Shown here: positions 8,642-16,852 of the stretch, in pieces
Numbering within the stretch: the stretch's first letter is position 1
Layout of the letters: every line of letters starts with the position of its first letter
Assembly (NCBI GenBank): GCA_029557915.1
Contig: JAKQHS010000111.1
Span: 5,918 to 69,917 of the forward strand
Direction: 5' to 3'
From: Bacteroidota bacterium
Lineage (GTDB): Bacteria; Bacteroidota; Bacteroidia; Chitinophagales; Saprospiraceae
DNA: 64,000 nt
Position numbers and translations under genes: made by a program
Notes under the pieces: model-generated
Database searches by the model: none
What the model saw: the letters and a program-made list of their open reading frames with translations, nothing else
What the model was told of the DNA's origin: nothing

Positions 8642-9253
8642 ATGATACGCATATCCCGCCTGTCCTCCAAAGATCTCTGCCATTTCCAAACCAGGTACCT
8701 TGACTTGTCCGGCCTATCCATCCCCCCTGGCTATCTTCGCGGGCAGACGGTTTATGGTTTCTTTCGGCGTGGGCAAATGATCGGAGGATTCATCCTGGGT
8801 AAAGAGCAGCCGCTTCGCACCACGGAGGTCTTTTGTTCCCCTGATTCCAGGGACCGTCTCAACCGGTCCCTGGAATCAAAGGGACGGGTCCTGGAGATCT
8901 GTTGTTTTTGGATCGAACGTTCTTTTCGCAAAATCCCCTGGATAAATGCCTGGTGTTGGCTTAGGATGGCCTGGGCAGCCAGTATGGAGCGTTCGTTCGA
9001 TATCCTGTTGTTTGGTACTAATTCCTCCGGCCTGGCCAAAATGTATGGATATCCAAAAAATGCTTTTCTTCTTCATAGCGACCAAATCGGGGGTCGCGAC
9101 ACCTATATTTTTTATGCCAAGCGAACGCATTTTCTGGCAGGCGTATTCGAAATAGTCCTAGCTAAAGTTTTCCGAAAAACAAGAGGATTCCGAAGTTCTA
9201 CTGACCGCGGATTGACGGCCAAACTTCAAACGATGAAAGAAATGTGCTTCTGA
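8642..9253 (+). CDS. Hypothetical protein, possible GNAT-fold N-acyltransferase (autoinducer-synthase / N-acyl amino acid synthase-like)
   Basis: 203 aa. The pattern YGFFRRGQMIGGFILG ... VLEICCFWIERSFRK ... LFGTNSSGLAKMYGYPK loosely resembles acyl-transfer GNAT-like enzymes. The family assignment is unverified. Confidence 0.3.
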   Translation: MIRISRLSSKDLCHFQTRYLDLSGLSIPPGYLRGQTVYGFFRRGQMIGGFILGKEQPLRTTEVFCSPDSRDRLNRSLESKGRVLEICCFWIERSFRKIPWINAWCWLRMAWAASMERSFDILLFGTNSSGLAKMYGYPKNAFLLHSDQIGGRDTYIFYAKRTHFLAGVFEIVLAKVFRKTRGFRSSTDRGLTAKLQTMKEMCF

Positions 9254-9309
9254 AAATGAATCAGGAATCAGGAGCAGGGTTACTTTTTCAACCTCGTCTC
9301 ATTACAATC

Positions 9310-9435
9310 ATGAAAAATCAATCCATTTCTGTTTTATTGGTTTACCTCCTTTTTGGAATAATCCTCCTCCTTTGCCTCTATCTCCTGGCCGGTCTGGGTT
9401 TCCGGGTGGAAGCATTGGTTTTTGAAAAATATTAA
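9310..9435 (+). CDS. Possible 41-aa single-pass membrane peptide
   Basis: An internal ATG in track ORF 9244..9435 gives MKNQSISVLLVYLLFGIILLLCLYLLAGLGFRVEALVFEKY. It sits between the acyltransferase-like gene and the methyltransferase gene. Confidence 0.3.
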   Translation: MKNQSISVLLVYLLFGIILLLCLYLLAGLGFRVEALVFEKY

Positions 9436-9441
9436 CCCAAT

Positions 9442-10230
9442 ATGAATATGGAATCCCTGATTCTTGACAAGTCTTGGAATAAATTAAAGGTTTCCAAAAG
9501 AATTCAATCCTCGGATTATGACCCTGTGTTCTGGTCTCACTATTTTCATACCTATGATGTCCTGTTAAAAGTAATTCCATATCGCCAGCTCCTGCAATCC
9601 TTAGTGGACGCAGCATGCATCCGGCCCGGCCATATTATTCTTGATGCCGGCAGCGGCACCGGCAACCTCGCCTACCATCTCCCGCAGGGCGTGAAAACCA
9701 TTTTCGTGGACCAGTCCGGGGAAGCGCTGGCCCTTGCGAATAAAAAAAATCCTGAGGCCCTCACCTTAAAAACATCCCTGACAAACCCATTGCCTCTTGA
9801 ACCGGACTCCGTGGACCATATCATCTGCAACAATGCCCTGTATACCCTGCCCTATGATCAATGGCCTCTGGTCCTGGATGAATTTTACCGGGTGCTCCGG
9901 CCGGGCGGGTCCCTGGTCCTTTCAAATATCCGGGAAGGCTTTTCGGTCTTGCGGATCTACCGGGAACATATCCGGGAAAGTGTCAGGCTCAGGGGCTGGA
10001 CACATACCCTGGCCGAGGTCCTTCGACTGTTCATTCCAACCCTGAAAATGTTCTGGTACAATGCCCGGATCATAAGGGCCGATGCCGCCGGTACCTTTCA
10101 TTTTATTCACAGGGGAGAACAAAACTCCCTGATGCTCGGTCATGGCTTCTGGCCGGTCGGGCCAGAACAGGCGGTATATGCGGGACAGGCCTGGATGGCT
10201 GTGGGGATTAAACGATATTCCAAATTTTAG
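9442..10230 (+). CDS. Class I SAM-dependent methyltransferase
   Basis: Motif I is ILDAGSGTGNLAYHL. The post-I/II region is VDHIICNNALYTL...LRPGGSLVLSNI. The last five codons and the TAG stop lie in a copy of the palindromic terminator arm. Confidence 0.8.
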   Translation: MNMESLILDKSWNKLKVSKRIQSSDYDPVFWSHYFHTYDVLLKVIPYRQLLQSLVDAACIRPGHIILDAGSGTGNLAYHLPQGVKTIFVDQSGEALALANKKNPEALTLKTSLTNPLPLEPDSVDHIICNNALYTLPYDQWPLVLDEFYRVLRPGGSLVLSNIREGFSVLRIYREHIRESVRLRGWTHTLAEVLRLFIPTLKMFWYNARIIRADAAGTFHFIHRGEQNSLMLGHGFWPVGPEQAVYAGQAWMAVGIKRYSKF

Positions 10231-10262
10231 ATATTCCAAATTTTAAAAAATTTGGAATATCT
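10229..10262. terminator. Palindromic terminator-like element (family AGATATTCCAAATTT)
   Basis: AGATATTCCAAATTTT-AA-AAAATTTGGAATATCT is a perfect 16-bp inverted repeat. The stop TAG (10228-10230) overlaps its first bases. A direct partial copy of the left arm (GATATTCCAAATTTT) immediately precedes it, inside the CDS. Confidence 0.65.
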
Positions 10263-10333
10263 CATTTCTTCAAGGGTTACTTTACCCGTATAGGTGCATA
10301 AAACATATTAATCAATCATTTAAAGGTAAAACC

Positions 10334-11287
10334 ATGCATCAGTATACAGTCTCAGATCCTTCAGCCTTAGAAACTTCTCTATTAGAATTCCTGGCTAAAA
10401 GCAAAACGGATTTAGAGTTGGAAAATATTAATTGCATTTTTAATTCATTCATCCCTCAGTTGGCAAACCATTATAAATTATTTTGCCAATCTGAAAGATG
10501 GAATTCTTTTATTAATATCTGCAATCACTCTTCACTTCGAAAAATTTTATTGGAAGACCCATATACCAGAAGATCTGTTGAAAAACCCAGGGGATATGCA
10601 GGGGATGCCTGTTTAATTGATTTCATGTACAAACTTTCTGCTCCCAATCCTTCTGATACATATTTTGGCAGAGAACTCTTTTGGCATCTTATGGAAAGCA
10701 GTGCATGCCAAAGCGTCCGCTGGCGTGCCCTCCACCTCGCTGAAAAAATAGATGAAGTCCACCAGTCAAATCAAAAACGAATAAACATCCTTTCCCTCGC
10801 CTCCGGTCACCTACGCGAGCTGCATTATGTCCGTGATTTTGATCAAAAAGTAGAGCGCTTCTATGGAATCGACCAGGATCCAAGAAGCAATGAAGAAGCC
10901 CGCCGGTCCCTGCCCTACCTACAATTGGATATCCGGGAGGAATCAATTTTGAATGTGATCAGGGAAAAATACAAACCAAACCGCCCGCTAGATTTTATTT
11001 ATTCCGCAGGTCTCTTTGACTATCTCAACGATAAAGTGGCCCAAAAGCTCATCACCTCCTCCTTCAGGCTCCTGGCTCCTGGTGGCCGTATCCTGGTCGC
11101 TAATTTCGCTCCTGACCTTGTAGAGCAAGCTTATATGGAAGCTTTCATGGACTGGTACCTGATCTACCGGGATGAAAATCAAATGGAGGCATTGGCGGAG
11201 GATTTGCCTATTTCACAAGTCGGGGAGGTAAAGACATACAGGGACGCGATGGGAAATGTAGTTTACCTTCAAATAATTAAAAATTAA
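10334..11287 (+). CDS. SAM-dependent methyltransferase with an N-terminal extension of about 130 aa (PhcB-like by recollection)
   Basis: The C-terminal half has a methyltransferase core: INILSLASGHLREL, FYGIDQDPRS, DFIYSAGLFDYLNDKVAQKLITSSFRLLAPGGRILVANF. The GLFDYL-type motif recalls the family annotated as 3-hydroxypalmitate methyl ester (PhcB) biosynthesis proteins. This is unverified. Confidence 0.65.
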   Translation: MHQYTVSDPSALETSLLEFLAKSKTDLELENINCIFNSFIPQLANHYKLFCQSERWNSFINICNHSSLRKILLEDPYTRRSVEKPRGYAGDACLIDFMYKLSAPNPSDTYFGRELFWHLMESSACQSVRWRALHLAEKIDEVHQSNQKRINILSLASGHLRELHYVRDFDQKVERFYGIDQDPRSNEEARRSLPYLQLDIREESILNVIREKYKPNRPLDFIYSAGLFDYLNDKVAQKLITSSFRLLAPGGRILVANFAPDLVEQAYMEAFMDWYLIYRDENQMEALAEDLPISQVGEVKTYRDAMGNVVYLQIIKN

Positions 11288-11485
11288 GGAATTAAGAATT
11301 AAGGGGGCCTTCATTTTTTAATTTTTAATTTTTTAATTCTTATATCGCGGCCTATTGATATCAGCGCATTACCGCCAGGCCTATATTTCATCATGGGAAG
11401 CAAGCCGGGCTCCGAATTTGACCCTGCTAAATTTATCAAACATTGATCCACTCCTGTGATGTTTAAAACGATCTGCATCTGGGTT

Positions 11486-12475
11486 GCATCGTGCCTTCAG
11501 GCACCTAATTTGGATAGGTCGGATTTAGAAGCTCATCTCGTCCCGGATGGGACGAAATATATTCCCTTTCGAATGTGCTACCCATATAAAATCCCTGACG
11601 GGATATTTGGATCTCAACCCTTGAATCCCTTTTTTCAGTTGCCCTGTATCACCTTTTGAACAATTTCCGGGGATTTGGAATGATGCCCTTTTAGGGCGAT
11701 CCGACCTGGCCTTCCCGAGCATCGGGCTATTCGCCCGACGCTCGGTGAATAATGCCCCTTCAGGGCAAACTCGGAGATGGGGTTTCCAAATTATCAATGT
11801 CTCTATAGGTGTTAGTTCGGATGGAACGACATATATTCCTTTTCGAATGGGCCACCCATATAAAATCCCTGATGGGATATTTAGATCTCAAAGCATGATA
11901 ACCATTTTTCGGTCTGCCCTGTATCACCCTTTTGAACAATTTCTGGGGATGATGGGGAATGATGCCCTTTCAGGGCGAATTCGACCTGGCCTTCCCGAGC
12001 ATCGGGCTATTCGCCCGATGCTCGGTGAATAATGCCCCTTCAGGGCAAACTCGGAGATGGAGTGCTCAAATTATCAATGCCTCTATAGGTGTAGGGTCGG
12101 AGCTAAGCTCCTCCCGAACGTGGGGTCGGTGGTAATCTGGCGGAATCTACCCGCAGGGATCCAATATGGGTAGGTGATCCTCCTTAGATCTCAAACCTTG
12201 AATACCCTTTTTCAGCCGCCCTGTATTACCTTTTGAACAATATTCCAAGATGTCAATATCCCTTCTGTCGGTTTTATTCAGATATTTAAACCCTGCAGGT
12301 ATGGTCAGCCCCCATTAATGCTCCTATGCAGTAACATAGACGATCGGTATATCCCATGCATCGTGCCTTCAGGCACCTAATGTGGGTAGATCGGATTTAG
12401 AAGGTCATCTCGTCCAGGATGGGGCGAAATATATTCATCATCGAATGGGCTACCCATATCAAATCCCTGACGGGA
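11486..12475. repeat. Mosaic intergenic repeat region built from short hairpin modules
   Basis: A unit of about 325 bp (11486-11811) recurs at 11812-12091 at about 85-90% identity by eye. Partial copies lie at 12180-12245 and 12355-12475. Modules include GTGCC-TTCA-GGCAC, ATCCC-TGAC-GGGAT, GAGCATCGGGC-TATTC-GCCCGATGCTC, TGCCC-CTTCA-GGGCA and GGAGC-TAA-GCTCC. Confidence 0.85.
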
Positions 12476-12684
12476 CAAGGTGGTAATGCCCAGGCATACC
12501 ACCCACTTCCTCCCGGAATTAGACCAACCTAATTCGTCCCCGATAAAAAAGAGGATCTTCTTAATTCATTTAATTTCTTTAATTCTTAATTCCCAAAAAG
12601 GGTTACCTCCCCCCTCCTCCTACATCCAAATCAGAGAACAGAGTCCAAGTCACCTAAATCCATTATCCATAAATACCCATCATT

Positions 12685-15045
12685 ATGAAAAAAACAAATC
12701 TACCCTTTACCTTATCCTTCCTGCTTCTGATCATGGGATCATTCCTGGTCAGAGCGCAGTGTCCCGACGATCTTTTCTTCAACACCCAGGAAAAGGTGGA
12801 CAGCCTGGCCATTAAATATCCCAATTGTACGGTATTGAACGGGGATGTCAACATTCAGGGAGGAGCAAATATTACTAACCTTCAGGGATTCAAAAACATC
12901 ACCGCTATTGAAGGGTCCCTCTTCCTGGCAGGAAATTCTGCCTTGGCCAGCCTGGCGGGTATGGATAACATTACTTCCATCTCCACCTGGTTTGCCGCAT
13001 ACGGAAATGGACTAACCAGTTTTAATGGTTTAAACAAACTTAAAATCATCGGGGCGAGTATTGATATTCATAACAACGGATCCCTTACCAGTTTCGAGGG
13101 GTTTGAATCCCTCACCTCCATTGGAACCTTTGCGGCGGTCAATCACAATAATAATCTTGCAAGTTTTGAGGGCCTAAGCGCCCTAGTGAGTATTGGCCAT
13201 GATTTTAATGTACACGATTGTGCTCAATTGGCTGACTTTACCGGTTTAGAAAATTTAAAGTCGATCGGGGGATATTTCGGTGCAACCCGCTGCGGCACCC
13301 TGCGCAATTTCCAGGGCTTAAACAGCCTGGAGAATATCGGAAAATATGTTGGGATTGATGACAATGCTCAACTGTCGGATCTCACCGGATTGGATAACCT
13401 CAAAAACGTGGGCGAGAGTTTTATACTTGTACGAAACCCAAGTATTAAAAGCCTTTATGGTCTGAGCAAACTGACGCATGTCGGACATGATTTTTATTTT
13501 GGCTCCAACCCCGCCCTTGAATCCACAGACGGCCTGGAAAATCTGAGTATGATCGGTAGAAACCTGCATTTTGATATTCATGCCGCTCTGATCAAATTGA
13601 GCGGCTTTGAAAACCTGACAACCATTGGTGGACATTTTGAATTATGGGAGAACAACAACCTTTCCGATCTGAACAGCCTGAATAGCCTCAGATCAATCGG
13701 TGGCGACCTCAGCCTGGTCAGGAATACAAAACTCGGTTCTCTCGAAGGGCTGGCTTCCCTTGAAAACATCGGTAGAAACCTGGTCATCGACAACAATATC
13801 GGACTGACCAGCCTCAAAGGCCTGGGCAATTTGAAATCCATCGGTTCAGGTCCTGATCCCGGGGTTTATATCTATAATAATGATAAGCTCAGCGAATGCG
13901 CCATCGAAGCGCTCTGCAATGTCATTTTTACAAAAAACCAATCGATCTACAACAACGGTGGTTCCCAGGGCGGTTGCCGGTCACAGGACGAAATCCGGCT
14001 TGCCTGCGGCCTTGCTGCACCCTGCCCTGAAACAGCTATGCTGAAGACCCAGAAGGAAGTGGATGAATTTGTCCAACTTTACCCCAACTGCACCGAATTA
14101 AAACAACTCGTCATAGGCGATCCATCCGGCATCACCTCCGATCCGATCGTCAACCTTCATTCCCTGCATAAGATTCAACGCATCACTTCCGGCCACCTTG
14201 TTATTTTTAATACCCGACTTGTAGATCTTACCGGACTGAACAACCTGAAATCGGTTTCCCGGGCCATAAATATCAGCGCCTCCCCCCTGTTGTCCAGCCT
14301 GGAAGGATTTTCCTCCCTTGAAAGTATTGGAGGCGGACTATTCCTATCCAAACTGCAGGCTTTCTCCAGCCTGCAGGGCCTAAAGCCGGGCGTGGTGAAT
14401 CATTATTTTCTTCAGATCCAGGAATGCCCTGCCCTGACGAGTCTCGAAAGTTTATCTGCAATTCTGACCGGCAACCGGATAAGGGGGCTCTTCCTTCTGA
14501 ACAACCCGGGCCTGGTCAATATCAATGGACTGGAACAGCTCACCCATCTCCCTGGCCCCCTGACCATCCGCGACAATGCCAGTCTGGTCAATCTCTCCGG
14601 CTTAAAAAATCTGGTGAGTACCGGGGATCTCATCACTATTCAGAACAACCCCGTATTAAATTATTGCTGCGCGATCCAGCCCCTCCTGAATTCCGTAAAA
14701 TCCGTACCCGGAAAAATCAATATCTCCAACAATAAATACGGATGCCACAGCCTGGATGAAATCAACAACGCCTGCAGCCCCTCTCCGGCCATGCCTTATT
14801 TCAAAGCGGTCCTTTTCGCAACCCTGACCGCTTCCCCCAATCCCACGACCGGTCTGGTGCGAATCCGGGCCAGCATGCCCACCCTCCTGCTTGATGTGGT
14901 CGATATGATGGGCGGCTCCCAGGGTATCAGCCATCCCGCGGCCATGGATTTTGAAATCGACCTCGGTGCAAAACCCGCCGGAATGTATGTATTCAAATTA
15001 TTTCAGGGAGACCAGTTGAAGACCTTGTCCTTGATCAAACAATAA
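12685..15045 (+). CDS. Leucine-rich-repeat-like (receptor L-domain-like) surface protein with T9SS sorting domain
   Basis: It has a signal peptide (SFLVRAQC). Two blocks of about 24-aa repeats follow the pattern L..I.G.L.I..N..L.SL.GL..L. The C-terminal T9SS tail reads LTASPNPTTGLVRIRA...YVFKLF. Confidence 0.75.
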   Translation: MKKTNLPFTLSFLLLIMGSFLVRAQCPDDLFFNTQEKVDSLAIKYPNCTVLNGDVNIQGGANITNLQGFKNITAIEGSLFLAGNSALASLAGMDNITSISTWFAAYGNGLTSFNGLNKLKIIGASIDIHNNGSLTSFEGFESLTSIGTFAAVNHNNNLASFEGLSALVSIGHDFNVHDCAQLADFTGLENLKSIGGYFGATRCGTLRNFQGLNSLENIGKYVGIDDNAQLSDLTGLDNLKNVGESFILVRNPSIKSLYGLSKLTHVGHDFYFGSNPALESTDGLENLSMIGRNLHFDIHAALIKLSGFENLTTIGGHFELWENNNLSDLNSLNSLRSIGGDLSLVRNTKLGSLEGLASLENIGRNLVIDNNIGLTSLKGLGNLKSIGSGPDPGVYIYNNDKLSECAIEALCNVIFTKNQSIYNNGGSQGGCRSQDEIRLACGLAAPCPETAMLKTQKEVDEFVQLYPNCTELKQLVIGDPSGITSDPIVNLHSLHKIQRITSGHLVIFNTRLVDLTGLNNLKSVSRAINISASPLLSSLEGFSSLESIGGGLFLSKLQAFSSLQGLKPGVVNHYFLQIQECPALTSLESLSAILTGNRIRGLFLLNNPGLVNINGLEQLTHLPGPLTIRDNASLVNLSGLKNLVSTGDLITIQNNPVLNYCCAIQPLLNSVKSVPGKINISNNKYGCHSLDEINNACSPSPAMPYFKAVLFATLTASPNPTTGLVRIRASMPTLLLDVVDMMGGSQGISHPAAMDFEIDLGAKPAGMYVFKLFQGDQLKTLSLIKQ

Positions 15046-15095
15046 CCCTTCATTCTGTTAATTTCTATAATTACCTTAATTCTCTTAATTTTTAA

Positions 15096-15130
15096 CAGAT
15101 ATGCCAGATTTTGAAAATCTGGCATATCTG
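15096..15130. terminator. Palindromic bidirectional terminator-like element (family AGATATGCCAGATTT)
   Basis: CAGATATGCCAGATTTT-G-AAAATCTGGCATATCTG is a perfect 17-bp inverted repeat between convergent genes. The stop of the minus-strand cyclase gene lies 2 nt beyond its right end. Confidence 0.7.
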
Positions 15131-15131
15131 T

Positions 15132-16139
15132 TTATTCCTCCGGCTTCAATTTGAGCGTCTTAAGCACTTCCGGCCCGCTCAGCCGGATCTCATGACTCAG
15201 ATTGAGTTTGTCCCGGTAAAACAAACTGAGGGTGATTTGCTGGCCCTGGTAATGGGTAGGCAATAAGAGTTCAAACTGGCCTTCGGGTCCGGTAGTATCC
15301 CGCGCCACCCCCGCATTGATATCGAGGATCACCCCGGCGGCGGGGCGGGAGTCAAAATGTACCACCCTTCCGGTCCAGGACTGCAATTCCGGTTTTGGTT
15401 CAGAAAGTACTGAGCTGTTTCCTTCAGGGTTTTTACCTGCTCTGTTGAAAAGGTAAATCACGCCAATCAATACCGGGATCAACAACAACCACCACCAGGG
15501 CGAATAAGATTTATTTTTTACCTCAGCTGTTAGGGTTCCATCCTGTTTTTTCAATTTCCCGGCAGACAAGGCCTCCTGGCTGGTGGGCACCGAAAAGCCT
15601 TCATTGGCAATGGCATAGATATCCATGGGCTCTTCCACATTCTTAAAGGGAAAGGAGCCTACCAGCACCGTTTTAAACTCAGGCTGGTTTTTAATTTTAT
15701 TATACACCTCCTTGCTGAACAGGATTGCGCCGGCCACGCCCAGGGTTTCGATGCGGGAAGCGATATTGATGCCGTCGCCGTGGACCTTGCCGTTTTCCTC
15801 CTCCAGGATATCGGCGATGTGGATGCCCACCCGGATATTGACCCGCGGTTCTTTCCGGAGTTCTTCCTGGATCGCCATGGCGCATTTGATCACCTGGATG
15901 GCACTCGGCAGGATGCTCATGCTCCCGTCGCCCATGTCGTTTTTGACTTCGCCTCCAAACCGTTTTACACAGGAATCCACCGCGGCCTGGTGTCGTTTTT
16001 GCATCTGGATGGCCAGCATTTCATCCCGCTGCATGACGGCCGTATATCCCACCATGTCGGTGAAGAGAATGGCGGCCAGCTTGCGGGTATATCGGTCCAG
16101 GCCCTGCAATGGTTTTAAATTAATGTATAAAATTATCAA
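15132..16139 (-). CDS. Class III adenylate/guanylate cyclase with TM helix and C-terminal carboxypeptidase-regulatory-like domain
   Basis: Cyclase core motifs are KLAAILFTDMVGYT, FGGEVKNDMGDGSM, IRVGIHIADI and GDGINIASRIE. A TM helix (WWWLLLIPVLIGVIYLF) follows. No ATG is available upstream of the catalytic core. The ORF opens with TTG at 16139, directly at a repeat boundary, so the start is uncertain. Confidence 0.8.
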   Translation of the reverse strand: MIILYINLKPLQGLDRYTRKLAAILFTDMVGYTAVMQRDEMLAIQMQKRHQAAVDSCVKRFGGEVKNDMGDGSMSILPSAIQVIKCAMAIQEELRKEPRVNIRVGIHIADILEEENGKVHGDGINIASRIETLGVAGAILFSKEVYNKIKNQPEFKTVLVGSFPFKNVEEPMDIYAIANEGFSVPTSQEALSAGKLKKQDGTLTAEVKNKSYSPWWWLLLIPVLIGVIYLFNRAGKNPEGNSSVLSEPKPELQSWTGRVVHFDSRPAAGVILDINAGVARDTTGPEGQFELLLPTHYQGQQITLSLFYRDKLNLSHEIRLSGPEVLKTLKLKPEE

Positions 16140-16790
16140 TTTCCGGGGATGGGGAATGAAGCCCTTTCAGGGCGATCCGACCTGACCTTCCCGAGCATCG
16201 GGCTATTCGCCTAATGCTCGGGAAATGATGCCCCTTCAGGGCAAACTCGGAGATGGGGTACCCTGATTATCAATGTTTCAATAGGTGTAAGGTCGGAGCG
16301 AAGCTCCTCCTTAACGAAGGGGGTATTTATAGGTGAAAAAATATTATCTCAATAAGGATTGCCAGGTCGGAGCGAAGCTCCTCCCAAACATTGGCAAAAA
16401 TCATCTCTTGTATTTAACCCTTTCATAATGCTAAAGAGCTTCGGGCGGGACGCCCGCCTGACCACACCTTTATCTTATTGATCAGTCGGGTAGGCACTGA
16501 AGCAACCTTGCCTTTGTTTGGCTGCTAACGTGGAGTTTAAAGTTTTTTGGTCAGCCCCAAATATGGGCAATCTATCCCGTCAGGGATTCGATATGGGTAG
16601 GCGCACCGTACAAGGGACATTCGTCCCGTCAGGGATGAAATAGCCGGATTGAATGAGTGGTTACACGGTCGGAGCTAAGCTCCTCCCAAACATTGTTGTT
16701 TCAGGCGTCCTCGCCTGAAACGTATTAGTTCTTCTCTTGTATTTTATGAACATTATCGCCACGACCCATTTTTTAACGTCTTCCCAGCAT
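16140..16790. repeat. Mosaic intergenic hairpin-repeat region (same family as 11486-12475 and 49560-50260)
   Basis: 16141-16290 matches 11664-11811 closely (TTCCGGGGAT...GAGCATCGGGCTATTCGCC...CAGGGCAAACTCGGAGATGG). GGTCGGAGC(G/T)AAGCTCCTCC occurs 3 times. 16441-16530 is an inverted copy of 49571-49655. Other hairpins are GTTTCAGGCG-TCC-TCGCCTGAAAC and an inverted ATCCC-GTCA-GGGAT module. Confidence 0.85.
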
Positions 16791-16852
16791 CCTTTTTTGT
16801 TAATTTGCCCTTCGATTCGTCATCTTACCCGCACTGTTTACATTCTTATTCA

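Noticed and set aside
9244-9309. Full-length 63-aa version of ORF 9244..9435
   Set aside because: Its first 22 codons overlap the end of the 8642..9253 gene and are hydrophilic filler. If the ORF is real at all, the internal ATG at 9310, which gives a compact single-TM peptide, is more plausible.
11456-12032. ORFs 11456..11659(+), 11525..11797(-), 11745..12032(+) and 12480..12815(+) as protein genes
   Set aside because: They are translations of the hairpin-repeat mosaic, and two of them are near-duplicates because the DNA unit is duplicated. 12480..12815 runs into the real start of the 12685 gene in another frame. None has a signal, domain or coding-like composition.
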